DNA of 64,000 nucleotides from Mobula hypostoma (Eukaryota). The notes under the pieces were generated by a model. The model was given only the letters and a program-made list of their open reading frames with translations. It did not search any database and was not told the origin of the DNA. Below are positions 24,301 to 39,300 of the stretch, piece by piece. Position 1 is the stretch's first letter; every line of letters begins with the position of its first letter. The stretch lies in contig NC_086101.1 in the NCBI RefSeq assembly GCF_963921235.1, forward strand, positions 2,358,001 through 2,422,000, given 5' to 3'. Position numbers and translations under genes: made by a program.

Positions 24301-27300
24301 ACTAATCCCACTGCCCCGATCTCTCCCCAACTAATCCCACTGTCCCGATCTCTCCCCAACTAATCCCACTGTCCGATCTCTCCCAACTAATCCCACTGTC
24401 CGATCTCTCCCCAACTAATCCCACTGCCGATCTCTCCCCAACTAATCCCACTACTCCACTGTCCATCTCTCCCCAACTAATCCCACTGTCCGATCTCTCC
24501 CCAACTAATCCCACTGCCGATCTCTCCCCAACTAATCCCACTGTCCCGATCTCCCCAACTAATCCCACCCCGATCTCTCCCACACTAATCCCACTGTCCG
24601 ATCTCTCCCACCAGCTCCCATGTCCGATCTCCCACTAATCCCACTGTCCCTGATCTCTCCCCACACTAATCCCCACTTAATCCCACTGTCCCGATCTCTC
24701 CCCAACTAATCCCACTGTCCGATCTCTCCCCAACTAATCCCACTGTCCCGATCTCTCCCCAACTAATCCCACTGCCCCGATCTCTCCCCACACTAATCCC
24801 ACTGTCCCGATCTCTCCCCAACTAATCCCACTGTCCCGATCTCTCCCCATCTAATCCCACTGTCCCGATCTCTCCCCAACTAATCGCACTGTCCGATCTC
24901 TCCCCAACTAATCCCACTGTCCCGATCTCTCCCCACACTAATCCCACTGTCCCGATCTCTCCCCACACTAATCCCACTGCTCCGATCTCTCCCCACACTA
25001 ATCCCACTGTCCGATCTCTCCCCACACTAATCCCACTGTCCCGATCTCTCCCCACACTAATCCCACTGCCCCGATCTCTCCCCACACTAATCCCACTGTC
25101 CCGATCTCTCCCCAACTAATCCCACTGTCCCGATCTCTCCCCAACTAATCCCACTGTCCCGATCTCTCCCCACACTAATCCCACTGTCCCGATCTCTCCC
25201 CACACTAATCCCACTGTCCGATCTCTCCCCACACTAATCCCACTGTCCCGATCTCTCCCCACACTAATCCCACTGCCCCGATCTCTCCCCACACTAATCC
25301 CACTGTCCCGATCTCTCCCCAACTAATCCCACTGTCCGATCTCTCCCCAACTAATCCCACTGTCCCGATCTCTCCCCAACTAATCCCACTGCCCCGATCT
25401 CTCCCCACACTAATCCCACTGCCCCGATCTCTCCCCAACTAATCCCACTGTCCCGATCTCTCCCCAACTAATCCCACTGTCCGATCTCTCCCCAACTAAT
25501 CCCACTGTCCGATCTCTCCCCAACTAATCCCACTGTCCCGATCTCTCCCCACACTAATCCCACTGTCCCGATCTCTCCCCAACTAATACCACTGTCCGAT
25601 CTCTCCCCAACTAATCCCACTGTCCGATCTCTCCCCACACTAATCCCACTGTCCCGATCTCTCCCCAACTAATCCCACTGTCCGATCTCTCCCCACACTA
25701 ATCCCACTGTCCCGATCTCTCCCCAACTAATCCCACTGTCCCGATCTCTCCCCACACTAATCCCACTGCCCCGATCTCTCCCCAACTAATCCCACTGTCC
25801 CGATCTCTCCCCACACTAATCCCACTGTCCCGATCTCTCCCCACACTAATCCCACTGCCCCGATCTCTCCCCACACTAATCCCACTGCCCCGATCTCTCC
25901 CCACACTAATCCCACTGCCCCGATCTCTCCCCAACTAATCCCGCCCGATCTCTCCCCACTATCCCACTGCCATCTCTCCCCACTCCCACCCGATCTCCCA
26001 ACTAATCCCACTGTCCGATCTTCCCCAACTAATCCCACTGATCTCCCACATCCCACCCCGATCTCTCCCCACACTAATCCCACTGTCCCGATCTCTCCCC
26101 AACTAATCCCACTGTCCGATCTCTCCCCAACTAATCCCACTGTCCCGATCTCTCCCCAACTAATCCCACTGTCCCGATCTCTCCCCAACTAATCCCACTG
26201 TCCGATCTCTCCCCAACTAATCCCACTGTCCGATCTCTCCCCACACTAATCCCACTCCCGATCTCTCCCCACACTAATCCCACTGTCCCGATCTCTCCCC
26301 ACACTAATCCCACTGCCCGATCTCTCCCCAACTAATCCCACTGTCCCGATCTCTCCCCACAACTAATCCCACTGTCCGATCTCTCCCCAACTAATCCCAC
26401 TGTCCCGATCTCTCCCCAACTAATCCCACTGCCCCGATCTCTCCCCACACTAATCCCACAGTCCCGATCTCTCCCCACACTAATCCCACAGTCCCGATCT
26501 CTCCCCACACTAATCCCACTGTCCGATCTCTCCCCACACTAATCCCACTGTCCCGATCTCTCTCCAACTAATCCCACTGTCCGATCTCTCCCCAACTAAT
26601 CCCACTGTCCCGATCTCTCCCCAACTAATCCCACTGTCCGAATCTCTCCCCACACTAATCCCACTGCCCCAATCTCTCCCCACACTAATCCCACTGTCCC
26701 GATCTCTCCCCAACTAATCCCACTGTCCCGATCTCTCCCCAACTAATCCCACTGCCCGATCTCTCCCCAACTAATCCCACTGCCCGATCTCTCCCCAACT
26801 AATCCCACTGCCCCGATCTCTCCCCACACTAATCCCACTGTCCCGATCTCTCCCCAACTAATCCCACTGTCCGATCTCTCCCCAACTAATCCCACTGCCC
26901 CGATCTCTCCCCACACTAATCCCACTGCCCCGATCTCTCCCCACACTAATCCCACTGCCCCGATCTCTCCCCACACTAATCCCACTGCCCCGATCTCTCC
27001 CCACACTAATCCCACTGTCCGATCTCTCCCCACACTAATCCCACTGTCCTGATCTCTCCCCACACTAATCTCACTGCCTCGATCTCTCCCCAACTAATCC
27101 CACTGCCCGATCTCTCCCCAACTAATCCCACTGCCCCGATCTCTCCCCACACTAATCCCACTGTCCACTCTCTCCCCACACTAATCCCACTGTCCCGATC
27201 TCTCCACAACTAATCCCACTGCCCCGATCTCTCCCCAACTAATCCCAGTGTCCCAATCTCTCCCCAACTAATCCCACTGTCCGATCTCACCCCACACTAA

Positions 27301-30300
27301 TCCCACTGACCCGATCTCTCCCAACACTAATCCCACTGTCCGATCTCTCCCCACACTAATCCCACTGTCCCGATCTCTCTCCAACTAATCCCACTGTCCG
27401 ATCTCTCCCCAACTAATCCCACTGTCCCGATCTCTCCCCAACTAATCCCACTGTCCGATCTCTCCCCAACTAATCCCACTGTCCCGATCTCTCCCCAACT
27501 AATCCCACTGTCCGATCTCTCCCCACACTAATCCCACTGACCCGATCTTTCCCCACACTAATCCCACTGTCCCGATCTCTCCCCAACTAATCCCACTGTC
27601 CCGATCTCTCCCCAACTAATCCCACTGTCCGATCTCTCCCCAACTAATCCCACTGTCCCGATCTCTCCACAACTAATCCCACTGCCCCGATCTCTCCCCA
27701 CACTAATCCCACTGCCCCGATCTCTCCCCAACTAATCCCACTGTCCGATCTCTCCCCAACTAATCCCACTGTCCCGATCTCTCCACAACTAATCCCACTG
27801 CCCCGATCTCTCCCCACACTAATCCCACTGCCCCGATCTCTCCCCACACTAATCCCACGGCCCCGATCTCTCCCCACACTAATCCCACTGTCCAATCTCT
27901 CCCCACACTAATCCCACTGCCTCACTCTCTCCCCACACTAATCCCACTGCCCCGATCTCTCCCAACACTAATCCCACTGTCCCGATCTCTCCCCAACTAA
28001 TCCCACTGTCCGATCTCTCCCCAACTAATCCCACTGCCCCGATCTCTCCCCACACTAATCCCACTGCCCCGATCTCTCCCCACACTAATCCCACTGCCCC
28101 GATCTCTCCCCACACTAATCCCACTGCCCCGATCTCTCCCCAACTAATCCCACTGTCCCGATCTCTCCCCAACTAATCCCACTGTCCGATCTCTCCCCAA
28201 CTAATCCCACTGTCCGATCTCTCCCCAACTAATCCCACTGCCCCGATCTCTCCCCACACTAATCCCACTGTCCCGATCTCTCCCCACACTAATCCCACTG
28301 CCCCGATCTCTCCCCAACTAATACCACTGCCCCGATCTCTCCCCATCTAATCCCACTGTCCTGATCTCTCCCCAACTAATCCCACTGCCCCGATCTCTCC
28401 CCACACTAATCCCACTGTCCCGATCTCTCCCCACACTAATCCCACTGTCCGATCTCTCCCCACACTAATCCCACTGTCCCGATCTCTCTCCAACTAATCC
28501 CACTGTCCGATCTCTCCCCACACTAATCCCACTGTCCGATCTCTCCCCAACTAATCGCACTGTCCGATCTCTCCCCAACTAATCCCACTGTCCCAATCTC
28601 TTCCCAGCTAATCCCAGTGTCCCAATCTCTCCCCAACTAATCCCACTGTCCGATCTCACCCCACACTAATCCCACTGACCCGATCTCTCCCAACTAATCC
28701 CACCCCAACTAATCCCACTGTCCCGATCTCTCCCCACACTAATCCCACTGTTCCGATCTCTCCCCAACTAATCCCACTGTCCGATCTCTCCCCAACTAAT
28801 CCCACTGTCCATCTCTCCCCAACTAATCCCACTATCCGATCTCTCCCCAACTAATCCCACTGTCCCGATCTCTCCACAACTAATCCCACTGCCCCGATCT
28901 CTCCCCACGCTAATCCCACTGCCCCGATCTCTCCCCACACTAATCCCACTGCCCCGATCTCTCCCCACACTAATCCCACTGTCCCGATCTCTCCCCAACT
29001 AATCCCATTGTCCGATCTCTCCCCAACAAATCCCACTGTCCGATCTCTCCCCAACTAATCCCACTGTCCCGATCTCTCCCCAACTAACCCTACTGTCCGA
29101 TCTCTCACCAACTAATCCCACTGTCCTGATCTCTCCCCACACTAATCCCACTGTCCGATCTCTCCCCACACTAATCCCACTGTCCCGATCTCTCTCCAAC
29201 TAATCCCACTGTCCGATCTCTCCACAACTAATCCCACTGTCCCGATCTCTCCACAAATAATCCCACTGCCCCGATCTCTCCCCACACTAATCTCACTGAC
29301 CCGATCTCTTCCAACACTAATCCCACTGCCCCGATCTCTCCCCAGCTAATACCACTGTCCGATCTCTCCCCAAAAAATCCCACTGTCCCGATCTCTCTCC
29401 AACTAATCCCACTGTCCGATCTCTCTCCAACTAATCCCACTGTCCTGATCTCTCCCCAACTAATCGCACTGTCCGATCTCTCCCCAACTAATCCCACTGT
29501 CCCAATCTCTCCCCAACTAACCCCACTGTCTGATCTCTCCCCACACTAATCCCACTGACCCGATCTCTCCCAACACTAATCCCACTGTCCCGATCTCTCC
29601 CCAATTAAGCCCACTGTCCGATCTCTCCCGAACTAATCCCACTGTCCCGATCTCTCCACAACTAATCCCACTGTCCGATCTCTCCCCACACTAATCCCAC
29701 TGACCCGATCTTTCCCCACACTAATCCCACGGCCCCGATCTCTCCCTACACTAATCCCACTGTTCTGATCTCTCCCCACACTAATCTCACTGCCTCGATC
29801 TCTCCCCAACTAATCCCACTGCCCCGATCTCTCCCCACACTAATCCCACTGCCTCACTCTCTCCCCACACTAATCCCACTGCCCCGATCTCTCCACAACT
29901 AATCCCACTGCCGCGATCTCTCACCAACTAATCCCACTGTCCTGATTACTTCCCAACTAATCCCACTGCCCCGATCTCTCCCCACACTAATCCCACAGTC
30001 CCGATCTCTCCCCACACTAATCCCACTGTCCGATCTCTCCCCACACTAATCCCACTGTCCCGATCTCTCTCCAACTAATCCCACTGTCCGATCTCTCCCC
30101 AACTAATCCGTCCCGATGTCTCCCCAACTAATCCCACTGTCCGATCTCTCCCCAACTAATCCCACTGTCCCGATCTCTCCACAACTAATCCCACTGCCCC
30201 GATCTCTCCCCACACTAATCTCACTGACCCGATCTCTCCCAACACTAATCCCACTGCCCCGATCTCTCCCCAACTAATACCACTGTCCGATCTCTCCCCA

Positions 30301-33300
30301 ACTAATCCCACTGTCCCGATCTCTCCCCAACTAATCCCACTGTCCCGATCTCTCTCCAACTAATCCCACTGCCCCGATCTCTCCCCAACTAATACCACTG
30401 TCCGATCTCTCCCCAACTAATCCCACTGTCCCGATCTCTCCCCAACTAATCCCACTGTCCGATCTCTCTCCAACTAATCCCACTGTCCTGATCTCTCCCC
30501 AACTAATCCCACTGTCCGATCTCTCCACAACTAATCCCACTGTCCTGATCTCTCCACAACTAATCCCACTGTCCGATCTCTCCCCAACTAATCCCACTGC
30601 CCCGATCTCTCCCCAGCTAATCCCACTGTCCCGATCTCTCCCCAACTAATCGCACTGTCCGATCTCTCCCCAACTAATCCCACTGTCCCAATCTCTCCCC
30701 AACTAACCCCACTGTCCGATCTCTCCCCACACTAATCCCACTGACCCGATCTCTCCCAACACTAATCCCACTGTCCCGATCTCTCCCCAATTAAGCCCAC
30801 TGTCCGATCTCTCCCGAACTAATCCCACTGCCCCGATCTCTCCCCACACTAATCCCACTGCCCCGATCTCTCCCCACACTAATCCCACTGCCCCGATCTC
30901 TCCCCACACTAATCCCACGGCCCCGATCTCTCCCCACACTAATCCCACTGTCCGATCTCTCCCCACACTAATCCCACTGTCCTGATCTCTCCCCACACTA
31001 ATCTCACTGCCTCGATCTCTCCCCAACTAATCCCACTGACCCGATCTCTCCCCACGCTAATCCCACTGCCCCGATCTCTCCCCACACTAATCCCACTGTC
31101 TCACTCTCTCCCCACACTAATCCCACTGCCCCGATCTCTCCACAACTAATCCCACTGCCGCGATCTCTCACCAACTAATCCCACTGTCCTGATCACTTCC
31201 CAACTAATCCCACTGCCCCGATCTCTCCCCACACTAATCCCACAGTCCCGATCTCTCCCCACACTAATCCCACTGTCCGATCTCTCCCCACACTAATCCC
31301 ACTGTCCCGATCTCTCTCCAACTAATCCCACTGTCCGATCTCTCCCCAACTAATCCCACTGTCCCGATGTCTCCCCAACTAATCCCACTGTCCGATCTCT
31401 CCCCAACTAATCCCACTGTCCCAATCTCTCCCCAACTAACCCCACTGTCTGATCTCTCCCCACACTAATCCCACTGACCCGATCTCTCCCAACACTAATC
31501 CCACTGTCCCGATCTCTCCCCAATTAATCCCACTGTCCGATCTCTCCCCAACTAATCCCACTGTCCCGATCTCTCCCCAACTAATCCCACTGTCCCGATC
31601 TCTCCACAACTAATCCCACTGCCCCGATCTCTCCCCACACTAATCTCACTGACCCGATCTCTCCCAACACTAATCCCACTGCCCCGATCTCTCCCCACAC
31701 TAATCCCACTGTCCCGATCTCTCCCCACACTAATCCCACTGTCCGATCTCTCTCCACACTAATCCCACTGTCCGATCTCTCCCCAACTAATCCCACTGTC
31801 CCGATCTCTCCCCAACTAACCCTACTGTCCGATCTCTCACCAACTAATCCCACTGTCCGATCTCTCCCCAACTAATCCCACTGTCCCGATCTCTCCACAA
31901 CTAATTCCACTGCCCCGATCTCTCCCCACACTAATCCCACTGTCCTGATCTCTCCCCACACTAATCTCACTGCCTCGATCTCTCCCCAACTAATCCCACT
32001 GACCCGATCTCTCCCCACGCTAATCCCACTGCCCCGATCTCTCCCCACACTAATCCCACTGTCTCACTCTCTCCCCACACTAATCCCACTGCCCCGATCT
32101 CTCCACAACTAATCCCACTGCCGCGATCTCTCACCAACTAATCCCACTGTCCTGATCACTTCCCAACTAATCCCACTGCCCCGATCTCTCCCCACACTAA
32201 TCCCACAGTCCCGATCTCTCCCCACACTAATCCCACTGTCCGATCTCTCCCCACACTAATCCCACTGTCCCGATCTCTCTCCACACTAATCCCACTGTCC
32301 GATCTCTCCCCAACTAATCCCACTGTCCCGATGTCTCCCCAACTAATCCCACTGTCCGATCTCTCCCCAACTAATCCCACTGTCCCAATCTCTCCCCAAC
32401 TAACCCCACTGTCTGATCTCTCCCCACACTAATCCCACTGACCCGATCTCTCCCAACACTAATCCCACTGTCCCGATCTCTCCCCAACTAATCCCACTGT
32501 CCGATCTCTCCCCAACTAATCCCACTGTCCCGATCTCTCCCCAACTAATCCCACTGTCCCGATCTCTCCACAACTAATCCCACTGCCCCGATCTCTCCCC
32601 ACACTAATCTCACTGCCCCGATCTCTCCCAACACTAATCCCACTGCCCCGATCTCTCCCCACACTAATCCCACAGTCCCGATCTCTCCCCACACTAATCC
32701 CACTGTCCGATCTCTCTCCAACTAATCCCACTGTCCGATCTCTCCCCAACTAATCCCACTGTCCCGATCTCTCCCCAACTAACCCTACTGTCCGATCTCT
32801 CACCAACTAATCCCACTGTCCGATCTCTCCCCAACTAATCCCACTGTCCCGATCTCTCCACAACTAATCCCACTGCCCCGATCTCTCCCCACACTAATCT
32901 CACTGACCCGATCTCTCCCAACACTAATCCCACTGTCCGATCTCTCCCCAACTAACCCCACTGTCCCGATCTCTCCCCAACTAATCCCACTGTCCGATCT
33001 ATCCCCAACTAATCCCACTGTCCGATCTCTCCCCAACTAATCCCACTGTCCCGATCTCTCCACAACTAATCCCACTGCCCCGATCTCTCCCCACACTAAT
33101 CTCACTGCCCCGATCTCTGCCAACACTAATCCCACTGCCCCGATCTCTCCCCAACTAATACCACTGTCCCGATCTCTCCCCAACTAATCCCACTGTCCGA
33201 TCTCTCTCCAACTAATCCCACTGTCCGATCTCTCCCCAACTAATCCCACTGCCCCGATCTCTTCCCAGCTAATCCCACTGTCCCGATCTCTCCCCAACTA

Positions 33301-36300
33301 ATCCCACTGTCCGATCTCTCCCCAACTAATCCCACTGTCCGATCTCTCACCAACTAATCCCACTGTCCTGATTACTTCCCAACTAATCCCACTGCCCCGA
33401 TCTCTCTCCACACTAATCCAACTGCCTCGATCTCTCCCCAGCTAATCGCACTGTCCGATCTCTCCCCAACTAATCCCACTGTCCCGATCTCTCCCCAACT
33501 AATCCCACTGTCCAATCTCTCCCCAACTAATCCCACTGTCCCAATCTCTCCCCAACTAACCCCACTGTCTGATCTCTCCCCACACTAATCCCACTGACCC
33601 GATCTCTCCCAACACTAATCCCACTGTCCCGATCTCTCCCCAACTAATCCCACTGTCCGATCTATCCCCAACTAATCCCACTGTCCGATCTCTCCCCAAC
33701 TAAACCCACTGTCCCGATCTCTCCACAACTAATCCCACTGCCCCGATCTCTCCCCACACTAATCTCACTGCCCCGATCTCTCCCAACACTAATCCCACTG
33801 CCCCGATCTCTCCCCAACTAATACCACTGTCCCGATCTCTCCCCAACTAATCCCACTGTCCGATCTCTCTCCAACTAATCCCACTGTCCGATCTCTCCCC
33901 AACTAATCCCACTGTCCCGATCTCTCCCCAACTAACCCTACTGTCCGATCTCTCACCAACTAATCCCACTGTCCGATCTCTCCCCAACTAATCCCACTGT
34001 CCCGATCTCTCCACAACTAATCCCACTTCCCCGATCTCTCCCCACACTAATCTCACTGACCCGATCTCTCCCAACACTAATCCCACTGTCCGATCTCTCC
34101 CCAACTAATACCACTGTCCCGATCTCTCCCCAACTAATCCCACTGTCCCGATCTCTCCCCACACTAATCCCACTGTCCCGATCTCTCCCCAACTAATCCC
34201 ACTGTCCCGATCTCTCCACACACTAATCCCACTGCCCCGATCTCTCCCCACACTAATCCCACTGCCCCGATCTCTCCCCACACTAATCCCACTGCCCCGA
34301 TCTCTCCCCACACTAATCCCACTGTCCCGATCTCTCCCCAACTAATCCCACTGTCCGATCTCTCTCCAACTAATCCCACTGTCCGATCTCTCCCCAACTA
34401 ATCCCACTGCCCCGATCTCTCCCCACACTAATCCCACTGCCCCGATCTCTCCCCACACTAATCCCACTGCCCCGATCTCTCCCCACACTAATCCCACTGT
34501 CCGATCTCTCCCCACACTAATCCCACTGTCCTGATCTCTCCCCACACTAATCTCACTGCCTCGATCTCTCCCCAACTAATCCCACTGACCCGATCTCTCC
34601 CCATGCTAATCCCACTGCCCCGATCTCTCCCCACACTAATCCCTCTGTCTCACTCTCTCCCCACACTAATCCCACTGCCCCGATCTCTCCACAACTAATC
34701 CCACTGCCGCGATCTCTCACCAACTAATCCCACTGTCCTGATCACTTCCCAACTAATCCCACTGCCCCGATCTCTCCCCACACTAATCCCACAGTCCCGA
34801 TCTCTCCCCACACTAATCCCACTGTCCCGATCTCTCCCCACACTAATCCCACTGTCCCGATCTCTCTCCAACTAATCCCACTGTCCGATCTCTCCCCAAC
34901 TAATCCCACTGTCCCGATGTCTCCCCAACTAATCCCAGTGTCCCAATCTCTCCCCAACTAATCCCACTGTCCGATCTCACCCCACACTAATCCCACTGAC
35001 CCGATCTCTCCCAACACTAATCCCACTGTCCCGATCTCTCCCCAACTAATCCCACTGTCCCGATCTCTCCCCAACTAATCCCACTGTCCCGATCTCTCCC
35101 CAACTAATCCCACTGTCCCGATCTCTCCACAACTAATCCCACTGCCCCGATCTCTCCCCACACTAATCTCACTGACCCGATCTCTCCCAACACTAATCCC
35201 ACTGCCCCGATCTCTCCCCACACTAATCCCACTGCCCCGATCTCTCCCCACACTAATCCCACTGTCCGATCTCTCTCCAACTAATCCCACTGTCCGATCT
35301 CTCCCCAACTAATCCCACTGTCCCGATCTCTCCCCAACTAACCCTACTGTCCGATCTCTCACCAACTAATCCCACTGTCCGATCTCTCCCCAACTAATCC
35401 CACTGTCCCGATCTCTCCACAACTAATCCCACTGCCCCGATCTCTCCCCACACTAATCCCACTGACCCGATCTCTCCCAACACTAATCCCACTGTCCGAT
35501 CTCTCCCCAACTAACCCCACTGTCCCGATCTCTCCCCAACTAATCCCACTGTCCGATCTCTCCCCAACTAATCCCACTGTCCGATCTCTCCCCAACTAAT
35601 CCCACTGTCCCGATCTCTCCACAACTAATCCCACTGCCCCGATCTCTCCCCACACTAATCCCACTGCCCCGATCTCTCCCCACACTAATCCCACTGCCCC
35701 GATCTCTCCCCACACTAATCCCACAGTCCCGATCTCTCCCCACACTAATCCCACTGTCCGATCTCTCCCCAACTAATCCCACTGTCCGATCTCTCCCCAA
35801 CTAATCCCACTGCCCCGATCTCTCCCAGCTAATCCCACTGTCCCGATCTCTCCCAACACTAATCCCACTGTCCGATCTCTCCCCAACTAATCCCACTGTC
35901 CGATCTCTCACCAACTAATCCCACTGTCCTGATTACTTCCCAACTAATCCCACTGCCCCGATCTCTCTCCACACTAATCCAACTGCCTCGATCTCTCCCC
36001 AGCTAATCGCACTGTCCGATCTCTCCCCAACTAATCCCACTGTCCCGATCTCTCCCCAACTAATCCCACTGTCCAATCTCTCCCCAACTAATCCCACTGT
36101 CCCGATCTCTCCCCACACTAATCCCACTGTCCGATCTCTCCCCAACTAATCCCACTGTCCCGATCTCTCCCCAACTAATCCCATTGTCCGATCTCTCCCC
36201 ACACTAATCCCACTGTCCAATCTCTCCCCAACTAATCCCACTGTCCCGATCTCTCCCCAACTAATCCCACTGTCCAATCTCTCCCCAACTAATCCCACTG

Positions 36301-39300
36301 TCCCGATCTCTCCCCAACTAATCCCACTGTCCGATCTCTCCCAACTAATCCCACTGTCCGATCTCTCCCCAACTAATCCCACTGTCCGATCTCTCCCCAC
36401 ACTAATCCCACTGCCCCGATCTCTCCCCACACTAATCCCACTGTCCTGATCTCTCCACAACTAATCCCACTGTCCGATCTCTCCCCAACTAATCCCACTG
36501 TCCGATCTCTCCCCAACTAATCCCACTGTCCCGATCTCTCCCCAACTAATCCCACTGTCCGATCTCTCACCAACTAATCCCACTGTCCTGATCTCTCCCC
36601 ACACTAATCCCACTGTCCGATCTCTCCCCAACTAATCCCACTGTCCCGATGTCTCCCCAACTAATCCCACTGCCCGATCTCTCCCCAACTAATCCCACTG
36701 TCCTGATCTCTCCACAAATAATCCCACTGCCCCGATCTCTCCCCACACTAATCTCACTGACCCGATCTCTTCCAACACTAATCCCACTGCCCCGATCTCT
36801 CCCCAGCTAATACCACTGTCCGATCTCTCCCCAAAAAATGCCACTGTCCCGATCTCTCTCCAACTAATCCCACTGTCCGATCTCTCTCCAACTAATCCCA
36901 CTGTCCTGATCTCTCCCCAACTAATCGCACTGTCCGATCTCTCCCCAACTAATCCCACTGTCCCAATCTCTCCCCAACTAACCCCACTGTCCGATCTCTC
37001 CCCACACTAATCCCACTGACCCGATCTCTCCCAACACTAATCCCACTGTCCCGATCTCTCCCCAATTAAGCCCACTGTCCGATCTCTCCCCAACTAATCC
37101 CACTGTCCCGATCTCTCCACAACTAATCCCACTGCCCCGATCTCTCCCCACACTAATCCCACTGCCCCGATCTCTCCCCACACTAATCCCACGGCCCCGA
37201 TCTCTCCCTACACTAATCCCACTGTTCTGATCTCTCCCCTCACTGATCTCACTGCCTCGATCTCTCCCCAACTAATCCCACTGACCCGATCTCTCCCCAC
37301 ACTAATCCCACTGCCTCACTCTCTCCCCACACTAATCCCACTGCCCCGATCTCTCCACAACTAATCCCACTGCCGCGATCTCTCACCAACTAATCCCACT
37401 GTCCTGATTACTTCCCAACTAATCCCACTGCCCCGATCTCTCCCCACACTAATCCCACAGTCCCGATCTCTCCCCACACTAATCCCACTGTCCGATCTCT
37501 CCCCACACTAATCCCACTGTCCCGATCTCTCTCCAACTAATCCCACTGTCCGATCTCTCCCCAACTAATCCCACTGTCCCGATGTCTCCCCAACTAATCC
37601 CACTGTCCGATCTCTCCCCAACTAATCCCACTGTCCCGATCTCTCCACAACTAATCCCACTGCCCCGATCTCTCCCCATCTAATCCCACTGTCCCGATCT
37701 CTCCCCAACTAATCGCACTGTCCGATCTCTCCCCAACTAATCCCACTGTCCCAATCTCTCCCCACCTAACCCCACTGTCCGATCTCTCCCCACACTAATC
37801 CCACTGACCCGATCTCTCCCAACACTAATCCCACTGTCCCGATCTTTCCCCAATTAATCCCACTGTCCGATCTCTCCCCACACTAATCCCACTGCCCCGA
37901 TCTCTCCCCACACTAATCCCACTGCCCCGATCTCTCCCCACACTAATCCCACTGCCCCGATCTCTCCCCACACTAATCCCACGGCCCCGATCTCTCCCCA
38001 CACTAATCCCACTGTCCGATCTCTCCCCACACTAATCCCACTGTCCTGATCTCTCCCCACACTAATCTCACTGCCTCGATCTCTCCCCAACTAATCCCAC
38101 TGACCCGATCTCTCCCCACGCTAATCCCACTGCCCCGATCTCTCCCCACACTAATCCCACTGTCTCACTCTCTCCCCACACTAATCCCACTGCCCCGATC
38201 TCTCCACAACTAATCCCACTGCCGCGATCTCTCACCAACTAATCCCACTGTCCTGATCACTTCCCAACTAATCCCACTGCCCCGATCTCTCCCCACACTA
38301 ATCCCACAGTCCCGATCTCTCCCCACACTAATCCCACTGTCCCGATCTCTCCCCACACTAATCCCACTGTCCCGATCTCTCCCCACACTAATCCCACTGT
38401 CCGATCTCTCCCCACACTAATCCCACTGTCCCGATCTCTCCCCAACTAATCCCACTGTCCGATCTCTCCCGAACTAATCCCACTGTCCCGATCTCTCCAC
38501 AACTAATCCCACTGCCCCGATCTCTCCCCACACTAATCCCACTGCCCCGATCTCTCCCCAACTAACCCCACTGTCCGATCTCTCCCCACACTAATCCCAC
38601 TGACCCGATCTTTCCCCACACTAATCCCACGGCCCCGATCTCTCCCTACACTAATCCCACTGTTCTGATCTCTCCCCACACTAATCCCACTGCCCCGATC
38701 TCTCCCCACACTAATCCCACTGTCCCGATCTCTCCCCACGCTAATCCCACTGCCCCGATCTCTCCCCACACTAATCCCACTGCCTCACTCTCTCCCCACA
38801 CTAATCCCACTGCCCCGATCTCTCCACAACTAATCCCACTGCCGCGATCTCTCCCCAACTAATCCCATGCCCCGATCTCTCCCCAGCTAATCCCACTGTC
38901 CCGATCTCTCCCCAACTAATCACACTGTCCGATCTCTCCCCAACTAATCCCACTGTCCCAATCTCTCCCCACCTACCCCCACTGTGCGATCTCTCCCCAC
39001 ACTAATCCCACTGACCCGATCTCTCCCAACACTAATCCCACTGTCCCGATCTTTCCCCAATTAAACCCACTGTCCGATCTCTCCCCAACTAATCCCACTG
39101 CCCCGATCTCTCCCCACACTAATCCCACTGCCCCGATCTCTCCCCACACTAATCCCACTGCCCCGATCTCTCCCCACACTAATCCCACGGCCCCGATCTC
39201 TCCCCACACTAATCCCACTGTCCGATCTCTCCCCACACTAATCCCACTGTCCCGATCTCTCCCCACACTAATCCCACTGTCCTGATCTCTCCCCACACTA